DNA of 54,850 nucleotides, taken from Gammaproteobacteria bacterium (GTDB lineage Bacteria > Pseudomonadota > Gammaproteobacteria > UBA4575). Shown piece by piece: positions 29,887 through 39,899 of this stretch. Below the pieces are notes generated by a model. It did not search any database. It was not told the DNA's origin and was given only the letters and a program-made list of their open reading frames with translations. The stretch lies in NCBI GenBank assembly GCA_050633765.1, contig JBOEHC010000081.1:639-55488 (forward strand). Reading direction: 5' to 3'. The position numbers and the translations under genes were made by a program. Positions within the stretch are counted from its first letter, which is position 1. Every line of letters begins with the position of its first letter.

Positions 29887-30480
29887 TTAACCAATTTTAG
29901 ATACTTTTAGTAGCCGTTTAAGATCTTTTTTCATACCTTTTGAGGCTGCATCTTTAGCGTACCACATCATTAAATTACCAAGTGGATCAATGACATAGAT
30001 TTGATGGATAGGCTGGTCTTTAAATTGCGGCAAAGCCTCATCAACAACCAGCTTATCAAACCAGGCCACTTTCAGACGTGGATACTTGGGAAATATACTA
30101 TTTATGGCCTGACGATCTTGCTGTGAATGCAAGCCAAGATATTTAAGCTGCACACGTTGGCTATCTCGACCTAGTGTTAAACGCACTTGGCGCATTTTAA
30201 ACATACTGGCTTCGCAATATAGATCGCAAACTTCATCACCAATGTATAACAACGTCCACTTGCCAATAAATTCTTCATGACTCCATGTATTGCCATCTAT
30301 TGCTGCTAACTTAAACTTTTCAAGCGGCTGAGCAGGCTGTATCAAAGTGCCATGATTTTGTGTTTTAGAACTCAACCAACTGTTTGGTACATAAAATAGC
30401 CACATAGCAAAAAACAGTGGGCCAAAAAATACTGCAAACAATCCAATTAAATAGCTTCTAGTCTTAGTTTTATTTTCCAT
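29887..30480 (-). CDS. SCO1/SenC-like thioredoxin-fold membrane-anchored protein (putative copper chaperone)
   Basis: N-terminal TM anchor. KWTLLYIGDEVCDLYC contains a CxxxC where SCO proteins have the HCPDICP motif. A downstream His in IHQIYVIDPLGNL matches the SCO H...Y.IDP.G pattern. It occupies the slot between SURF1 and COX15. Confidence 0.5.
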   Translation of the reverse strand: MENKTKTRSYLIGLFAVFFGPLFFAMWLFYVPNSWLSSKTQNHGTLIQPAQPLEKFKLAAIDGNTWSHEEFIGKWTLLYIGDEVCDLYCEASMFKMRQVRLTLGRDSQRVQLKYLGLHSQQDRQAINSIFPKYPRLKVAWFDKLVVDEALPQFKDQPIHQIYVIDPLGNLMMWYAKDAASKGMKKDLKRLLKVSKIG

Positions 30481-30498
30481 TAAATTTTCTTGAGATTA

Positions 30499-31227
30499 TT
30501 ATTTATTACTTGATCTGGGCATATGCAAAACAATGAATATAACGAGCACGGTTAACGCCATGGCAAACCATTGCACTGCATAACCCCAATTGCGTTTTGG
30601 CGAGGATACTTCATATATTGCCCACTTAGCTTTATAGGTGTCAGCTTGCCCAGCTTCCATGCGCAAGGTTAACGGTATTAGTTCTTGCCCCAATCTTGTT
30701 GACAATAACTTGAAATCTAGAAACTGGATAAGGCGCGGCCAACTTATCGACGTGTCAATTGCACCCAAACTAAAAGCCTTGCCATAGGGTACATAGACCG
30801 TGCCTTGTAAAGTTCGAAGATTCTCATCCACATCGACAATAGGCAATTCCTCGCGTGGACCTTTCAGCGGTAGCCAACCACGATCTACTAAAACTACCTT
30901 GTCACTGTTATGCAATTCGAATGGAGTAAGGATATTGAAACCCACTTGGCTATCTAAGTATCGATTATCTAATACAAACTGCTTATTGGATATAAATCTT
31001 CCTTGCACGCGGATACGCTGAAAGCGAAGACTAGCCGGGTCGGTTATTGGGAAACTAAAAGTTTGTGGCGCACTGTTTTTGCGCGTTTCAATTTCTTGTT
31101 GGATTTGTTTTTTTTCTTCGCCACGTAGCAACTGCCAAACACCCAAGCTACTAAGAAAAAATATTCCCGCCATAGTAGCCATAACGATTTGCCAAGTTGG
31201 TTTTCGCCAATACTTATTTTCTGTCAC
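30499..31227 (-). CDS. SURF1 family cytochrome oxidase assembly protein
   Basis: 242 aa with TM helices at both ends. VLVDRGWLP motif. Lies in the cox cluster. Confidence 0.8.
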   Translation of the reverse strand: MTENKYWRKPTWQIVMATMAGIFFLSSLGVWQLLRGEEKKQIQQEIETRKNSAPQTFSFPITDPASLRFQRIRVQGRFISNKQFVLDNRYLDSQVGFNILTPFELHNSDKVVLVDRGWLPLKGPREELPIVDVDENLRTLQGTVYVPYGKAFSLGAIDTSISWPRLIQFLDFKLLSTRLGQELIPLTLRMEAGQADTYKAKWAIYEVSSPKRNWGYAVQWFAMALTVLVIFIVLHMPRSSNK

Positions 31228-31261
31228 AATGAGTTAACCACAATAGTAAAAATTCATCCTC

Positions 31262-31465
31262 ATGAAAATCATCATTATTCTATTATTTTTTGCTGCACTA
31301 GGCAGCCTTGCTTCAGCCATGGTTTTTTTAGTAAAGGATAAAGGCGAAACCAATCGCACTGCCAAAGCACTTACTTATAGGATAGGTATATCAATATTTA
31401 TTTTTGTTCTTCTTTTCCTTGCTTATTTAGCCGGTTACATCGAACCTCATGGAATTTCAGGCTAA
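31262..31465 (+). CDS. Twin-transmembrane-helix small protein (DUF2909)
   Basis: 67 aa. Two TM helices flank the KDKGETNRTAKALTYR loop. This is the conserved position between coxC and SURF1 in gammaproteobacterial cox clusters. Confidence 0.75.
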   Translation: MKIIIILLFFAALGSLASAMVFLVKDKGETNRTAKALTYRIGISIFIFVLLFLAYLAGYIEPHGISG

Positions 31466-31476
31466 ATCATCAGCTT

Positions 31477-31505
31477 AAAAAAAACGCCGCAAAAGCGGCG
31501 TTTTT
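31477..31505. terminator. Bidirectional rho-independent terminator
   Basis: A8 run, then the CGCCGC-AAAA-GCGGCG hairpin, then a T5 run. It sits between the convergent DUF2909 gene and coxC and gives a hairpin plus U-tract on either strand. Confidence 0.75.
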
Positions 31506-31527
31506 CATATTTAATTTTTCTGTCAGC

Positions 31528-32400
31528 TTATACCCAATAGACGAAGATGAATAAGCCTAACCAGACGACATCTACAAAGTGCCAATACCAAGCTGCCGCC
31601 TCGAAACCGAAGTGATGTTCTGGCTTAAAGTGACCGCGTATACAACGTATTAGAATCACGAATAGGATAATGGCACCTATTGTCACATGCATGCCGTGAA
31701 AGCCTGTCAGCAAGAAGAAGGTAGAGCCATACACACCTGAACCCAGAGTTAGGCCTAAATGCTGGTATGCCTCATAGTATTCGTAGCCCTGGCATACCAT
31801 GAATATCGCACCTAACAGTACGGTTAGAGCCAAACCAATAATTAACTGGCCACGGTGATTAGCTTTTAGTGCATGGTGAGCCCACGTTAATGTCACACCA
31901 CTAGTTAATAACAAGGCGGTATTAATCGCAGGTAAGCCCCATGCTGGCATAGCTATAAATTGGCCGCCAATCTCACCTGGGCCATTTGCAGTAAGCGGCC
32001 AAATTGCTTCAAAACCAGGCCATAAATAATTATTGGTGGCAGCCCCTGCGCCTTCGCCACCTAACCAAGGCAGAGAGTACACACGCGCGTAAAATAAGGC
32101 CCCAAAAAATGCTGCGAAGAACATCACTTCTGAAAAAATAAACCAGAACATGCCCCAACGAAATGAAGTATCTACTTGCCTGTTATATGCACCTGTTTCA
32201 CTTTCTTTAATAACCGCGCCAAACCAACCAAACAACATGACTAATAAGATAACCGCACCGACAATCATGAGGTGTTTGCCCCAGGTTGCGCCATTCAGAA
32301 GATTCGAAAATCCAACCATAAGACTGCAAACCGCTATTGAGCCAACAATTGGCCAATGACTGCCATGAGGGATGTAATAATTACTTTCTGCTTGTGCCAT
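31528..32400 (-). CDS. coxC: Cytochrome c oxidase subunit III
   Basis: 290 aa, 7 TM helices. The C-terminus HFGFEAAAWYWHFVDVVWLGLF is diagnostic. Confidence 0.9.
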   Translation of the reverse strand: MAQAESNYYIPHGSHWPIVGSIAVCSLMVGFSNLLNGATWGKHLMIVGAVILLVMLFGWFGAVIKESETGAYNRQVDTSFRWGMFWFIFSEVMFFAAFFGALFYARVYSLPWLGGEGAGAATNNYLWPGFEAIWPLTANGPGEIGGQFIAMPAWGLPAINTALLLTSGVTLTWAHHALKANHRGQLIIGLALTVLLGAIFMVCQGYEYYEAYQHLGLTLGSGVYGSTFFLLTGFHGMHVTIGAIILFVILIRCIRGHFKPEHHFGFEAAAWYWHFVDVVWLGLFIFVYWV

Positions 32401-32420
32401 AAGTTTTCTCTTAATAAAAT

Positions 32421-32978
32421 TTAAGTGTTATCAATATTATTTAATGTGTTGCTAGCAGTATTACTAACATCAAAATACGTATAGGAAAGCGTTACCGTCT
32501 TAACATGTTCAGGTAGTGCAGGATTAATTACGAAAACTACGGGCATCTCCATCGATTGCCCTGCTTCTAACAATTGGTTATTAAAACAAAAGCATTCTGT
32601 TTTAATAAAGTGATTAGCTGCAGAAAAAGGCGCCACACTTGGAATCGCTTGACCAACAATAGAACGACTGGTTTTATTTTTTACAAAAAAACTCGCTTGG
32701 TAAGGTTTGCCGGGATGTACCTGCATCTTCGTCGTCGCTGCCTCAAAATCCCATGACATGCCTTGATTTAAACTAGTAATGAACTCAACAGTAATGGTGC
32801 GTGACTCATCTACTTCAAAACTTGCTTGCTGCTGCTGGGTGACATTTTCAGACTTACCATTTAGTCCAGTGATATCACAAAGCACGTCATACAACGGAAC
32901 TAACGCATATCCAAAGCCAAACATTGCTACTGCAAAAAAGCACAGCTTGATCGCACTAATATTGGATGAAGACTTCAT
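32421..32978 (-). CDS. ctaG: Cytochrome c oxidase assembly protein CtaG/Cox11
   Basis: N-terminal TM anchor. The copper-binding CFCF motif (TECFCFNNQ) is present. Confidence 0.85.
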   Translation of the reverse strand: MKSSSNISAIKLCFFAVAMFGFGYALVPLYDVLCDITGLNGKSENVTQQQQASFEVDESRTITVEFITSLNQGMSWDFEAATTKMQVHPGKPYQASFFVKNKTSRSIVGQAIPSVAPFSAANHFIKTECFCFNNQLLEAGQSMEMPVVFVINPALPEHVKTVTLSYTYFDVSNTASNTLNNIDNT

Positions 32979-32990
32979 TGCTTAATTATC

Positions 32991-33092
32991 TTATTTACTA
33001 GCCATTAAAAAATAGAAACCGACATAAATAATCAATGCCACGCAAGCTAATAGAATTGCAGTGCGCCTAGCTTCTCGTTTTGACTGTTTCAT
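32991..33092 (-). CDS. Small single-pass membrane protein between coxA and ctaG (33 aa)
   Basis: Not in the ORF track. My translation is MKQSKREARRTAILLACVALIIYVGFYFLMASK: a basic N-terminus plus one TM helix. It overlaps the coxA 3' end by 26 nt and ends 13 nt before ctaG. Confidence 0.45.
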   Translation of the reverse strand: MKQSKREARRTAILLACVALIIYVGFYFLMASK

Positions 33093-34695
33093 AATGCTCA
33101 CGCGTGAACCAATTCCATTCATCTTCAACATTTGGCGGAGTTGTAAAACTGTGATACGGCGGTGGCGAACTTAATGTCCACTCTAAACCATGTGCACCAT
33201 CCCAAACACGATCCGTCGCTTTAGCACCGCCTCGAATGGTTGCAATAACAAGTCCAAGGAAAATAAGTTGAGCAAAACCAAATCCAAACGCGCCAATGGT
33301 CGCAATTTGGTTGTAGTCAGAGAACTGCAAAGCGTAATCAGGAATACGCCGCGGCATACCGGCTAAACCTACAAAATGCATAGGGAAAAAAGTTACGTTT
33401 ACAAAAATGGTAGATAACCAAAAGTGCGTCTTGCCCCAAAACTCGCTGTACATATGGCCGGTCCATTTTGGAAGCCAATAATACACCGCAGCAATGATTG
33501 CAAAGATGGAACCTGGCACTAATACATAATGAAAGTGCGCGACAACAAAATAGGTGTCGTGATATTGGAAATCTGCTGGTGTAATTGCCAACATTAACCC
33601 TGAGAAACCACCAATAGTGAATAAAATTATGAACGCAATAGAAAACAACATGGGTGTTTCAAATGTCATCGCACCACGCCACATGGTACATATCCAATTG
33701 AACACTTTCACACCTGTCGGCACCGCGATCAGCATTGTGGCGAACATAAAGAACAGTTCGCCTGCTAAGGGCATACCTACGGTGAACATATGATGTGCCC
33801 ATACAATGAAAGATAAAAATGCAATGGATGCCGTTGCATATACCATCGATGAATAACCAAATAATGGCTTGCGCGCGAACGTAGGAATAATACTAGAGAT
33901 CACTCCAAACGATGGCAAAATCAAAATATATACTTCAGGGTGCCCAAAGAACCAAAAAATATGCTGGAACAAAACAGGATCACCACCACCCGCAGCATTA
34001 AAGAAGCTGGTGTCAAAAAACTTATCCGTTAACAACATGGTAACGCCACCCGCTAACACAGGCATTACTGCAATTAATAAATAAGCAGTGATCAACCACG
34101 TCCAAACAAATAGTGGCATTTTCATTAATGTCATCCCAGGTGCGCGCATATTTAAAATAGTCGCTACAACATTGATTGCACCCATAATGGATGACATGCC
34201 CATAAAGTGAATGGAGAAAATTACAAACGGAAGTGCATCACCTGTTTGCAGCGATAAAGGTGGATATAACGTCCAGCCACCTGCTGGGCCGCCGCCATCC
34301 ATAAACAAGGTGGACAACATCATTGCAAATGCAAATGGCAGAATCCAGAAACTCCAGTTATTCATACGTGGCAGTGCCATATCGGTGCCACCAATCATTA
34401 GGGGAATTAACCAGTTAGCAAGGCCGGTAAACGCAGGCATAACGACACCAAAGATCATGATAATGGCGTGCATGGTAGTCATAGAATTGAAGAACTGTGG
34501 ATCTACAAACTGCATACCCGGTTGGAATAATTCTGTGCGAATAATCAACGCCATGAACCCACCAATGAAGAACATGATGAACGAGAACCATAAGTACAAG
34601 GTACCAATATCTTTATGATTGGTTGTGGTTACCCAACGCATTATGCCGGATGGATGATGCTCATCATGATGATCGTCTGATGCCATGGTAGACAT
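33067..34695 (-). CDS. coxA: Cytochrome c oxidase subunit I
   Basis: 542 aa. WFFGHPEVYILILP and HHMF motifs. 12 TM helices. Confidence 0.95.
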   Translation of the reverse strand: MSTMASDDHHDEHHPSGIMRWVTTTNHKDIGTLYLWFSFIMFFIGGFMALIIRTELFQPGMQFVDPQFFNSMTTMHAIIMIFGVVMPAFTGLANWLIPLMIGGTDMALPRMNNWSFWILPFAFAMMLSTLFMDGGGPAGGWTLYPPLSLQTGDALPFVIFSIHFMGMSSIMGAINVVATILNMRAPGMTLMKMPLFVWTWLITAYLLIAVMPVLAGGVTMLLTDKFFDTSFFNAAGGGDPVLFQHIFWFFGHPEVYILILPSFGVISSIIPTFARKPLFGYSSMVYATASIAFLSFIVWAHHMFTVGMPLAGELFFMFATMLIAVPTGVKVFNWICTMWRGAMTFETPMLFSIAFIILFTIGGFSGLMLAITPADFQYHDTYFVVAHFHYVLVPGSIFAIIAAVYYWLPKWTGHMYSEFWGKTHFWLSTIFVNVTFFPMHFVGLAGMPRRIPDYALQFSDYNQIATIGAFGFGFAQLIFLGLVIATIRGGAKATDRVWDGAHGLEWTLSSPPPYHSFTTPPNVEDEWNWFTREHYETVKTRS

Positions 34696-34757
34696 ATCTA
34701 AAACTCCCTAACTAAATAAACTTTTTAAAAAATTTACAACTGATTAATTTAATTCTA

Positions 34758-35591
34758 TTAATTGCTTAATGCCGCTTGCTTGTTTTCTATTCCCGCAACA
34801 TTTTTTGGGCTGGTTTGCTCTGCCACCCAAGCATCATAATCTTCAGGTAAAAGCGCACGCACCACTACTGGCATGAAGCCATGATCACGACCACATAACT
34901 CAGCACATTGGCCACGGTAAACACCCGGCTTATCAATCACAGTCCACATTTGGTTGATGTAACCTGGAATAGCATCTTTTTTAAGTGCCAAATCTGGAAC
35001 CCACCAGGCATGTAACACATCGCTTGATGTAAGTAAGATGCGAATTTTTCGATTGGTTGGTAAAACCAACTCGTTATCTACTTCTAATAAGTAGTTATCA
35101 TTTTTTGGTTCTTGGTTATAAATTTCTTCACGAGGCGTGCTTAGCACACTATAAAAATCGATATCATGATCAACATATTCATAGCGCCAAAGCCACTGGT
35201 AACCGGTAACTTTTACAGTCATGTCGGCGCCACTAGTATCTTCCATCGCAATCAGAACTTTTGCAGCTGGAATAGAAATACCGATTAAAATTACAAAAGG
35301 GAGTGCAGTCCAAATAAATTCTAGTAGCGTACTTTCATGAAACGTTGCTGGTGTAACACCTTTAGATTTACGATCTCTATAGATTGAAATCGCCATAACA
35401 CCAAATACCAACACACCAATCACACAGCAGATGTAAAAAATCACCATGTGCAAATCAAACACCTGTTTACTTATATCCGTCACACCTTCAGGCATATTGT
35501 AGGGCTGAATTTCAGCCCATACATTTTGAGAAGCAATTGCCATCAAGCCCAATGATGAGCTTATTGAACGCACTATGTGTTTATGTTTCAT
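34758..35591 (-). CDS. coxB: Cytochrome c oxidase subunit II (no fused cytochrome c domain)
   Basis: Two TM helices. CuA site VLHAWWVPDL ... CAELCGRDHGFM. No CxxCH motif. Confidence 0.9.
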   Translation of the reverse strand: MKHKHIVRSISSSLGLMAIASQNVWAEIQPYNMPEGVTDISKQVFDLHMVIFYICCVIGVLVFGVMAISIYRDRKSKGVTPATFHESTLLEFIWTALPFVILIGISIPAAKVLIAMEDTSGADMTVKVTGYQWLWRYEYVDHDIDFYSVLSTPREEIYNQEPKNDNYLLEVDNELVLPTNRKIRILLTSSDVLHAWWVPDLALKKDAIPGYINQMWTVIDKPGVYRGQCAELCGRDHGFMPVVVRALLPEDYDAWVAEQTSPKNVAGIENKQAALSN

Positions 35592-35624
35592 TTATATTTC
35601 CTACAAAAAATCGATCTATTTAAT

Positions 35625-36122
35625 CTAATTACGTATAAGTGATATATCTAATGCTTTTACCAATGAAGCAGATAGGCTTTTACGTTCATCATTTGTTAAA
35701 CATTTCCCTATTTCGGTTTCATTTCCTTTAGAACGAATTAGTAATTTACTTGGGTGACCATGCAATGGAGAGCTTACTAATTCTAAGTTGACCCAACTAC
35801 GATCAAATTTCCAACTTTCCTTTGGCTTTTGCCTTCCTTTTTCAATCCTAACTTGCTCGTTATCAATTGTGATTACTTCTTGATCGCCACAGTGCAGACT
35901 ACACATATAAAGACCAAGCGTAAGAGCTAATATTTCTAAGCCTGCAAACGGCAAAATTAGCCATAATCCTTGTAATGCAAACATGCCTGCTATACCAAAT
36001 GATACGGCAGCCATTAAATATATAAATAACTTATTGCCACGCCAAGAAAGGGATTGATTACGCCGAACTATAAACTGCATGGGAGCAGAGTGTTCATGAT
36101 CTATATCAGTAACAGAGGTCAA
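35625..36122 (-). CDS. DUF2244-type integral membrane protein associated with cytochrome oxidase clusters
   Basis: 165 aa. A two-TM hairpin after the RRNQSLSWRGNKLF segment. Directly upstream of coxB. TTG start with an AAGGGA SD; an alternative ATG lies at 36080. Confidence 0.5.
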   Translation of the reverse strand: MTSVTDIDHEHSAPMQFIVRRNQSLSWRGNKLFIYLMAAVSFGIAGMFALQGLWLILPFAGLEILALTLGLYMCSLHCGDQEVITIDNEQVRIEKGRQKPKESWKFDRSWVNLELVSSPLHGHPSKLLIRSKGNETEIGKCLTNDERKSLSASLVKALDISLIRN

Positions 36123-36367
36123 AGTATAAATCCCTTATTTTTCAAACCCAAAAACTATAAATCTTTGAGTTAACTATAAATATATTAAGCAATATTAATG
36201 TGCGTAATTGTATCCCTCAATTAGAAAATGTCATGCCCAAACTAACAGGGCAATTGGGATAGCTGCTCACTGAAAAATCGCTACCTTATATTGCTATTAG
36301 TATGAATTATTAACGTAAGTTTTTTTTATTTCTGAAGTCTATTCAGCGAGAAACTCTAATTATTGAA

Positions 36368-37231
36368 CTATTTAACCTGATCAGCAGGTATATATATCTC
36401 GGTATTAGATGTATTGCGTTTATTCTTCGATGATTTACGCGCGTATCCATAAATGACTTCATAACTTGCAGGCAATAAGCCATTTTTTTGTCGGCATGTT
36501 TCGTAAGCCGCTTCAAATTGCTGGAATTTATGCTTACCCATCATGCCCGTAGATGATTTATCGCCAGCGTTAGCAAATTTACCTCGGCTGCCAGTATTTT
36601 TTAAATCATGTAAAAGCTGACGTACTTGCCGATATTCCAGCGTTATCAATTCCATATCTACTACTGGGTCAGCATAATGATTAGCCAATAGCAAATCTCC
36701 AATATGATGCATATCAATAAAGCTATGTACATGATTTTGCGCATCTATTTGCGCCCAACTGTGGCGCAATTCCTTTAGTGTATCCGGGCCAAAACTGGTA
36801 AATATCAGCACACCGTCTACTTTTAAAACACGTGAACATTCAATAAAAACTTGATTGAGATCTTCGCACCACTGGAATGTTGAAGTAGAAAATATTAAAT
36901 CTACTGACTCATCTCTGAGTGATAAATATTCGGCATCACAGCAAACTGTCGAAAAATGCGGTTGCGACGAAGCGTTATTTTCCTGGGCTTGCAGCAACAT
37001 AGGCTGAGCAATATCACTGGCTATAATATGACTTTCAGGAAACTGGTCCTGCAGGCCTCTCACACTTTTCCCGGTACCCGAGCCAATGTCTAATATTGTG
37101 CTTGGACTTAACTTTAACATTTGTAATCGTTCCAATGCACGATCACAAATCTCTTGTTGCACTACCGCTGCTCCATCATAGGTTTTAGCGGCATTTGAAA
37201 AATCTTGGCTAATACGCTGCTTATCAAACAC
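36368..37231 (-). CDS. bioC: Malonyl-ACP O-methyltransferase
   Basis: N-terminus FSNAAKTYDGAAVVQQEI and motif I ILDIGSGTG. GTG start overlapping the bioH stop. Confidence 0.7.
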   Translation of the reverse strand: MFDKQRISQDFSNAAKTYDGAAVVQQEICDRALERLQMLKLSPSTILDIGSGTGKSVRGLQDQFPESHIIASDIAQPMLLQAQENNASSQPHFSTVCCDAEYLSLRDESVDLIFSTSTFQWCEDLNQVFIECSRVLKVDGVLIFTSFGPDTLKELRHSWAQIDAQNHVHSFIDMHHIGDLLLANHYADPVVDMELITLEYRQVRQLLHDLKNTGSRGKFANAGDKSSTGMMGKHKFQQFEAAYETCRQKNGLLPASYEVIYGYARKSSKNKRNTSNTEIYIPADQVK

Positions 37232-38024
37232 GGGATGATTTACCTGTGCTAGCGAGCATCGTTTTTACCTGCTCAATAAACTGATTTTGATGCGATATAA
37301 AAGGTAGATGGCCCGCACTGGAAACCTTGCTTAAGTTCAACTGATCCCAGATTTCAGCAGTATCTACCGCTGCCTGCATAGAAGAAACTTGATCATTTTC
37401 TCCTTGCAGCAAATAGACAGGCAGTTTTTCTGCGAGACAAGCATGACGCAAATCAATCTCTTCTAGCCAGCTTAAGCCCCAACGAATTTTTTCCGGTCGC
37501 TGTGCTTGGATGTCCGTAGCAGCTTGCTGTAAGGCATGCATTATTTGTTTTGGTGAGGCGCCATGCAATGCTTGTAGTGCATGAAACTGTTTAACAGTGG
37601 TTTCTGGCGACTCATCATATTGTTTTACAAACTTTGCGAAAGTATTTACAGGCATTGCATTTGGCCAGTCACGAGTGGCAGTAAATTTAGGTGTGCTCGC
37701 GATCAACATCAAGTTTTGTACTCGTTGCGGATTATGCTGGGCATATAATTGAGCAAGCAACCCACCCAATGACCAACCGATGATGGAGCATTGCGCAGGC
37801 AAAATCTCTAATAACAACGCTAGAGCTTGATCAACACTGCCATCCCATTTAATAGCGTGGCTCTTGCCATGGCCGGGCAGATCAACGCACAAAATTTGCA
37901 TCGCTTCACTAAGATAAGGAATGCAGAGTTGCCAAATTTTCGAACTAGATCCCCATCCATGCAACAATACTAATACCGGTCCGTTACTATCTTGACCAAA
38001 TCTTGAAACATGTAATCTAGACAT
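37224..38024 (-). CDS. bioH: Pimeloyl-ACP methyl ester carboxylesterase
   Basis: VLVLLHGWGSSS and the GWSLGG nucleophile elbow. Coupled to bioC. The ATG at 38024 is preferred; the GTG at 38039 would overlap the divergent plsY start. Confidence 0.7.
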   Translation of the reverse strand: MSRLHVSRFGQDSNGPVLVLLHGWGSSSKIWQLCIPYLSEAMQILCVDLPGHGKSHAIKWDGSVDQALALLLEILPAQCSIIGWSLGGLLAQLYAQHNPQRVQNLMLIASTPKFTATRDWPNAMPVNTFAKFVKQYDESPETTVKQFHALQALHGASPKQIMHALQQAATDIQAQRPEKIRWGLSWLEEIDLRHACLAEKLPVYLLQGENDQVSSMQAAVDTAEIWDQLNLSKVSSAGHLPFISHQNQFIEQVKTMLASTGKSSRV

Positions 38025-38031
38025 CGTACTT

Positions 38032-38631
38032 ATGGACACTCTTGCAGCTCAAATACTTTTAGTAGTAGGCGCGTATCTACTTGGTTCGATCAATAGCGCC
38101 ATCATAGTTAGCAAAGCATTCAATTTACCAGACCCTCGCAATTTAGGCTCTGGTAATCCAGGCACAACTAACGTTTTACGTAGCGGTAGCAAACTAGCTG
38201 CGGTGATCACTCTAGCAGGAGACCTACTAAAAGGCTTACTACCCGTATTAGCAGTAGACTTTTTTACGGCGAGTTCACCGCTCATTGCCGCGACGGGTGT
38301 TGCAGCCTTGCTGGGCCATATGTATCCGCTTTATTACGGCTTTAAAGGTGGTAAAGGCGTCGCCACACTATTGGGAGTACTGCTTGGTTTTGACTGGTTG
38401 CTAGGTACTGCTTGGATAGCATTGTGGTTGCTCACAGCCTTATTGTTTCGCTATTCATCTCTCGCGGCATTATTGTCGACCCTACTTATAGTAATAATAA
38501 GTTGGTTTTGGTCTGATGATATTTGGTTGTTTAGCTCTCTGCTACTTATGGGTATTTTTGTTTTCTGGCGACATCGCAGCAACATCAAAAATCTCCTTAG
38601 CGGGAATGAGTCACGACTTGGAAAGTCTTAA
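38032..38631 (+). CDS. plsY: Glycerol-3-phosphate acyltransferase PlsY
   Basis: GSGNPGTTNVLR motif. 199-aa polytopic membrane protein. Confidence 0.9.
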   Translation: MDTLAAQILLVVGAYLLGSINSAIIVSKAFNLPDPRNLGSGNPGTTNVLRSGSKLAAVITLAGDLLKGLLPVLAVDFFTASSPLIAATGVAALLGHMYPLYYGFKGGKGVATLLGVLLGFDWLLGTAWIALWLLTALLFRYSSLAALLSTLLIVIISWFWSDDIWLFSSLLLMGIFVFWRHRSNIKNLLSGNESRLGKS

Positions 38632-38678
38632 ACAAGGTCTTTGGCGAAAAAAAAGATTAATGCTAGCGGCTTGCTTTA

Positions 38679-39716
38679 TTAAATAGCTTCTAACGACCAT
38701 CGTGGCCGTACGTTAATCTGCAACGCATTCTGTTCTTCGCAACAACTACTATCTTGTAATCGCAACAAGCCAAGCTGTGCCACCATGGCTGCATTATCGG
38801 TACAAAACTCTGCTGCTGGATAAAATACTTGCATGCCTCGTTTAGCTAATTTTTCTTTCAGCTGTTGACGTAATTTTTTATTCGCACCAACACCTCCTGC
38901 AACGACTAAGGTATTAGCATTACTTTGCTCTAAAGCACGCAAGGATTTAATTCTTAGTGTGTCAACCACCGCATCTTCAAAGGCACAAGCGACATCCGCA
39001 CGGGTTTGTTGATCGAGTTTTGTTAACGAATTTTCAGATAAATCTTTTAGGGTATTCAACACATGGGTTTTTAAACCACTAAAGCTGAAATCTAGCCCTG
39101 GTCGATCTGTCATTGGTCTAGGAAAATTGAAGCGTTTTGCATTGCCTTGCATAGCAAGCTGTTGAATTTGTGGCCCACCTGGATACGGAAGTCCTAGCAT
39201 TTGCGCGGTCTTATCGAATGCTTCTCCTACGGCATCATCAATACTTTCCCCTAAAATACGGTAACGCCCGATGGCATCTATTTTCACAAGTAATGTATGT
39301 CCACCGGAAACCAGCAGTGCTACATAAGGAAATTCAGGAGAAATGCTTTCTATTAGAGGTGCGAGTAAGTGCGCTTCCATATGATGGATGGCTATGGCAG
39401 GTTTGTTGATCGACCATGCCAAGCTACGTGCAAATCCAGCCCCAACCATCAATGCACCCATCAGTCCGGGGCCAGAGGTATAAGCAATCGCATCGATATC
39501 TTTATCTAATTTGAGATTAGCTTCTTGTAGGGTTTCTTGCAGCAGTGGACCAAGTTTTCGTATATGGTCTCGCGAAGCAAGCTCAGGCACTACGCCGCCA
39601 TAGGGGCTATGTAATTCAATTTGTGAATAGAGCTTGTTTACTAGCAATCCTTCCGCTTCGCTGATGATAGCAACAGCAGTTTCATCGCAAGAGCTTTCGA
39701 TTCCGAGTACATGCAT
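38679..39716 (-). CDS. tsaD: tRNA N6-adenosine threonylcarbamoyltransferase
   Basis: [18 protein letters not shown]-terminus and the HHMEAHL metal site. Divergent from rpsU, as in E. coli. Confidence 0.95.
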   Translation of the reverse strand: MHVLGIESSCDETAVAIISEAEGLLVNKLYSQIELHSPYGGVVPELASRDHIRKLGPLLQETLQEANLKLDKDIDAIAYTSGPGLMGALMVGAGFARSLAWSINKPAIAIHHMEAHLLAPLIESISPEFPYVALLVSGGHTLLVKIDAIGRYRILGESIDDAVGEAFDKTAQMLGLPYPGGPQIQQLAMQGNAKRFNFPRPMTDRPGLDFSFSGLKTHVLNTLKDLSENSLTKLDQQTRADVACAFEDAVVDTLRIKSLRALEQSNANTLVVAGGVGANKKLRQQLKEKLAKRGMQVFYPAAEFCTDNAAMVAQLGLLRLQDSSCCEEQNALQINVRPRWSLEAI

Positions 39717-39830
39717 GCTGCCATTATCACGCGATTTAGAGGTGTAGGTATATCTTCTCTATAGACATAAGTTTTATAGGGTTAATGCATCACTTCATCA
39801 ACGCGACCAAGACTAGCTATAAAGCTTAGT

Positions 39831-39858
39831 TTGATATCTAGCGCCCCGTCTGTATAAT
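39831..39858 (+). promoter_or_regulatory. Candidate sigma-70 promoter of rpsU
   Basis: TTGATA (39831-39836), a 16-nt spacer, then TATAAT (39853-39858). It lies about 40 nt upstream of the rpsU ATG. Confidence 0.5.
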
Positions 39859-39899
39859 CGCGGCTCATTTTTCAATTGAGTAATTACTCCATAATATCT

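Noticed and set aside
34211-34618. 135-aa ORF antisense to coxA (also 33869..34084)
   Set aside because: This is a shadow ORF inside one of the most conserved genes known. Its Pro/Gly/Asn-rich translation reflects the complementary codons of a hydrophobic membrane protein.
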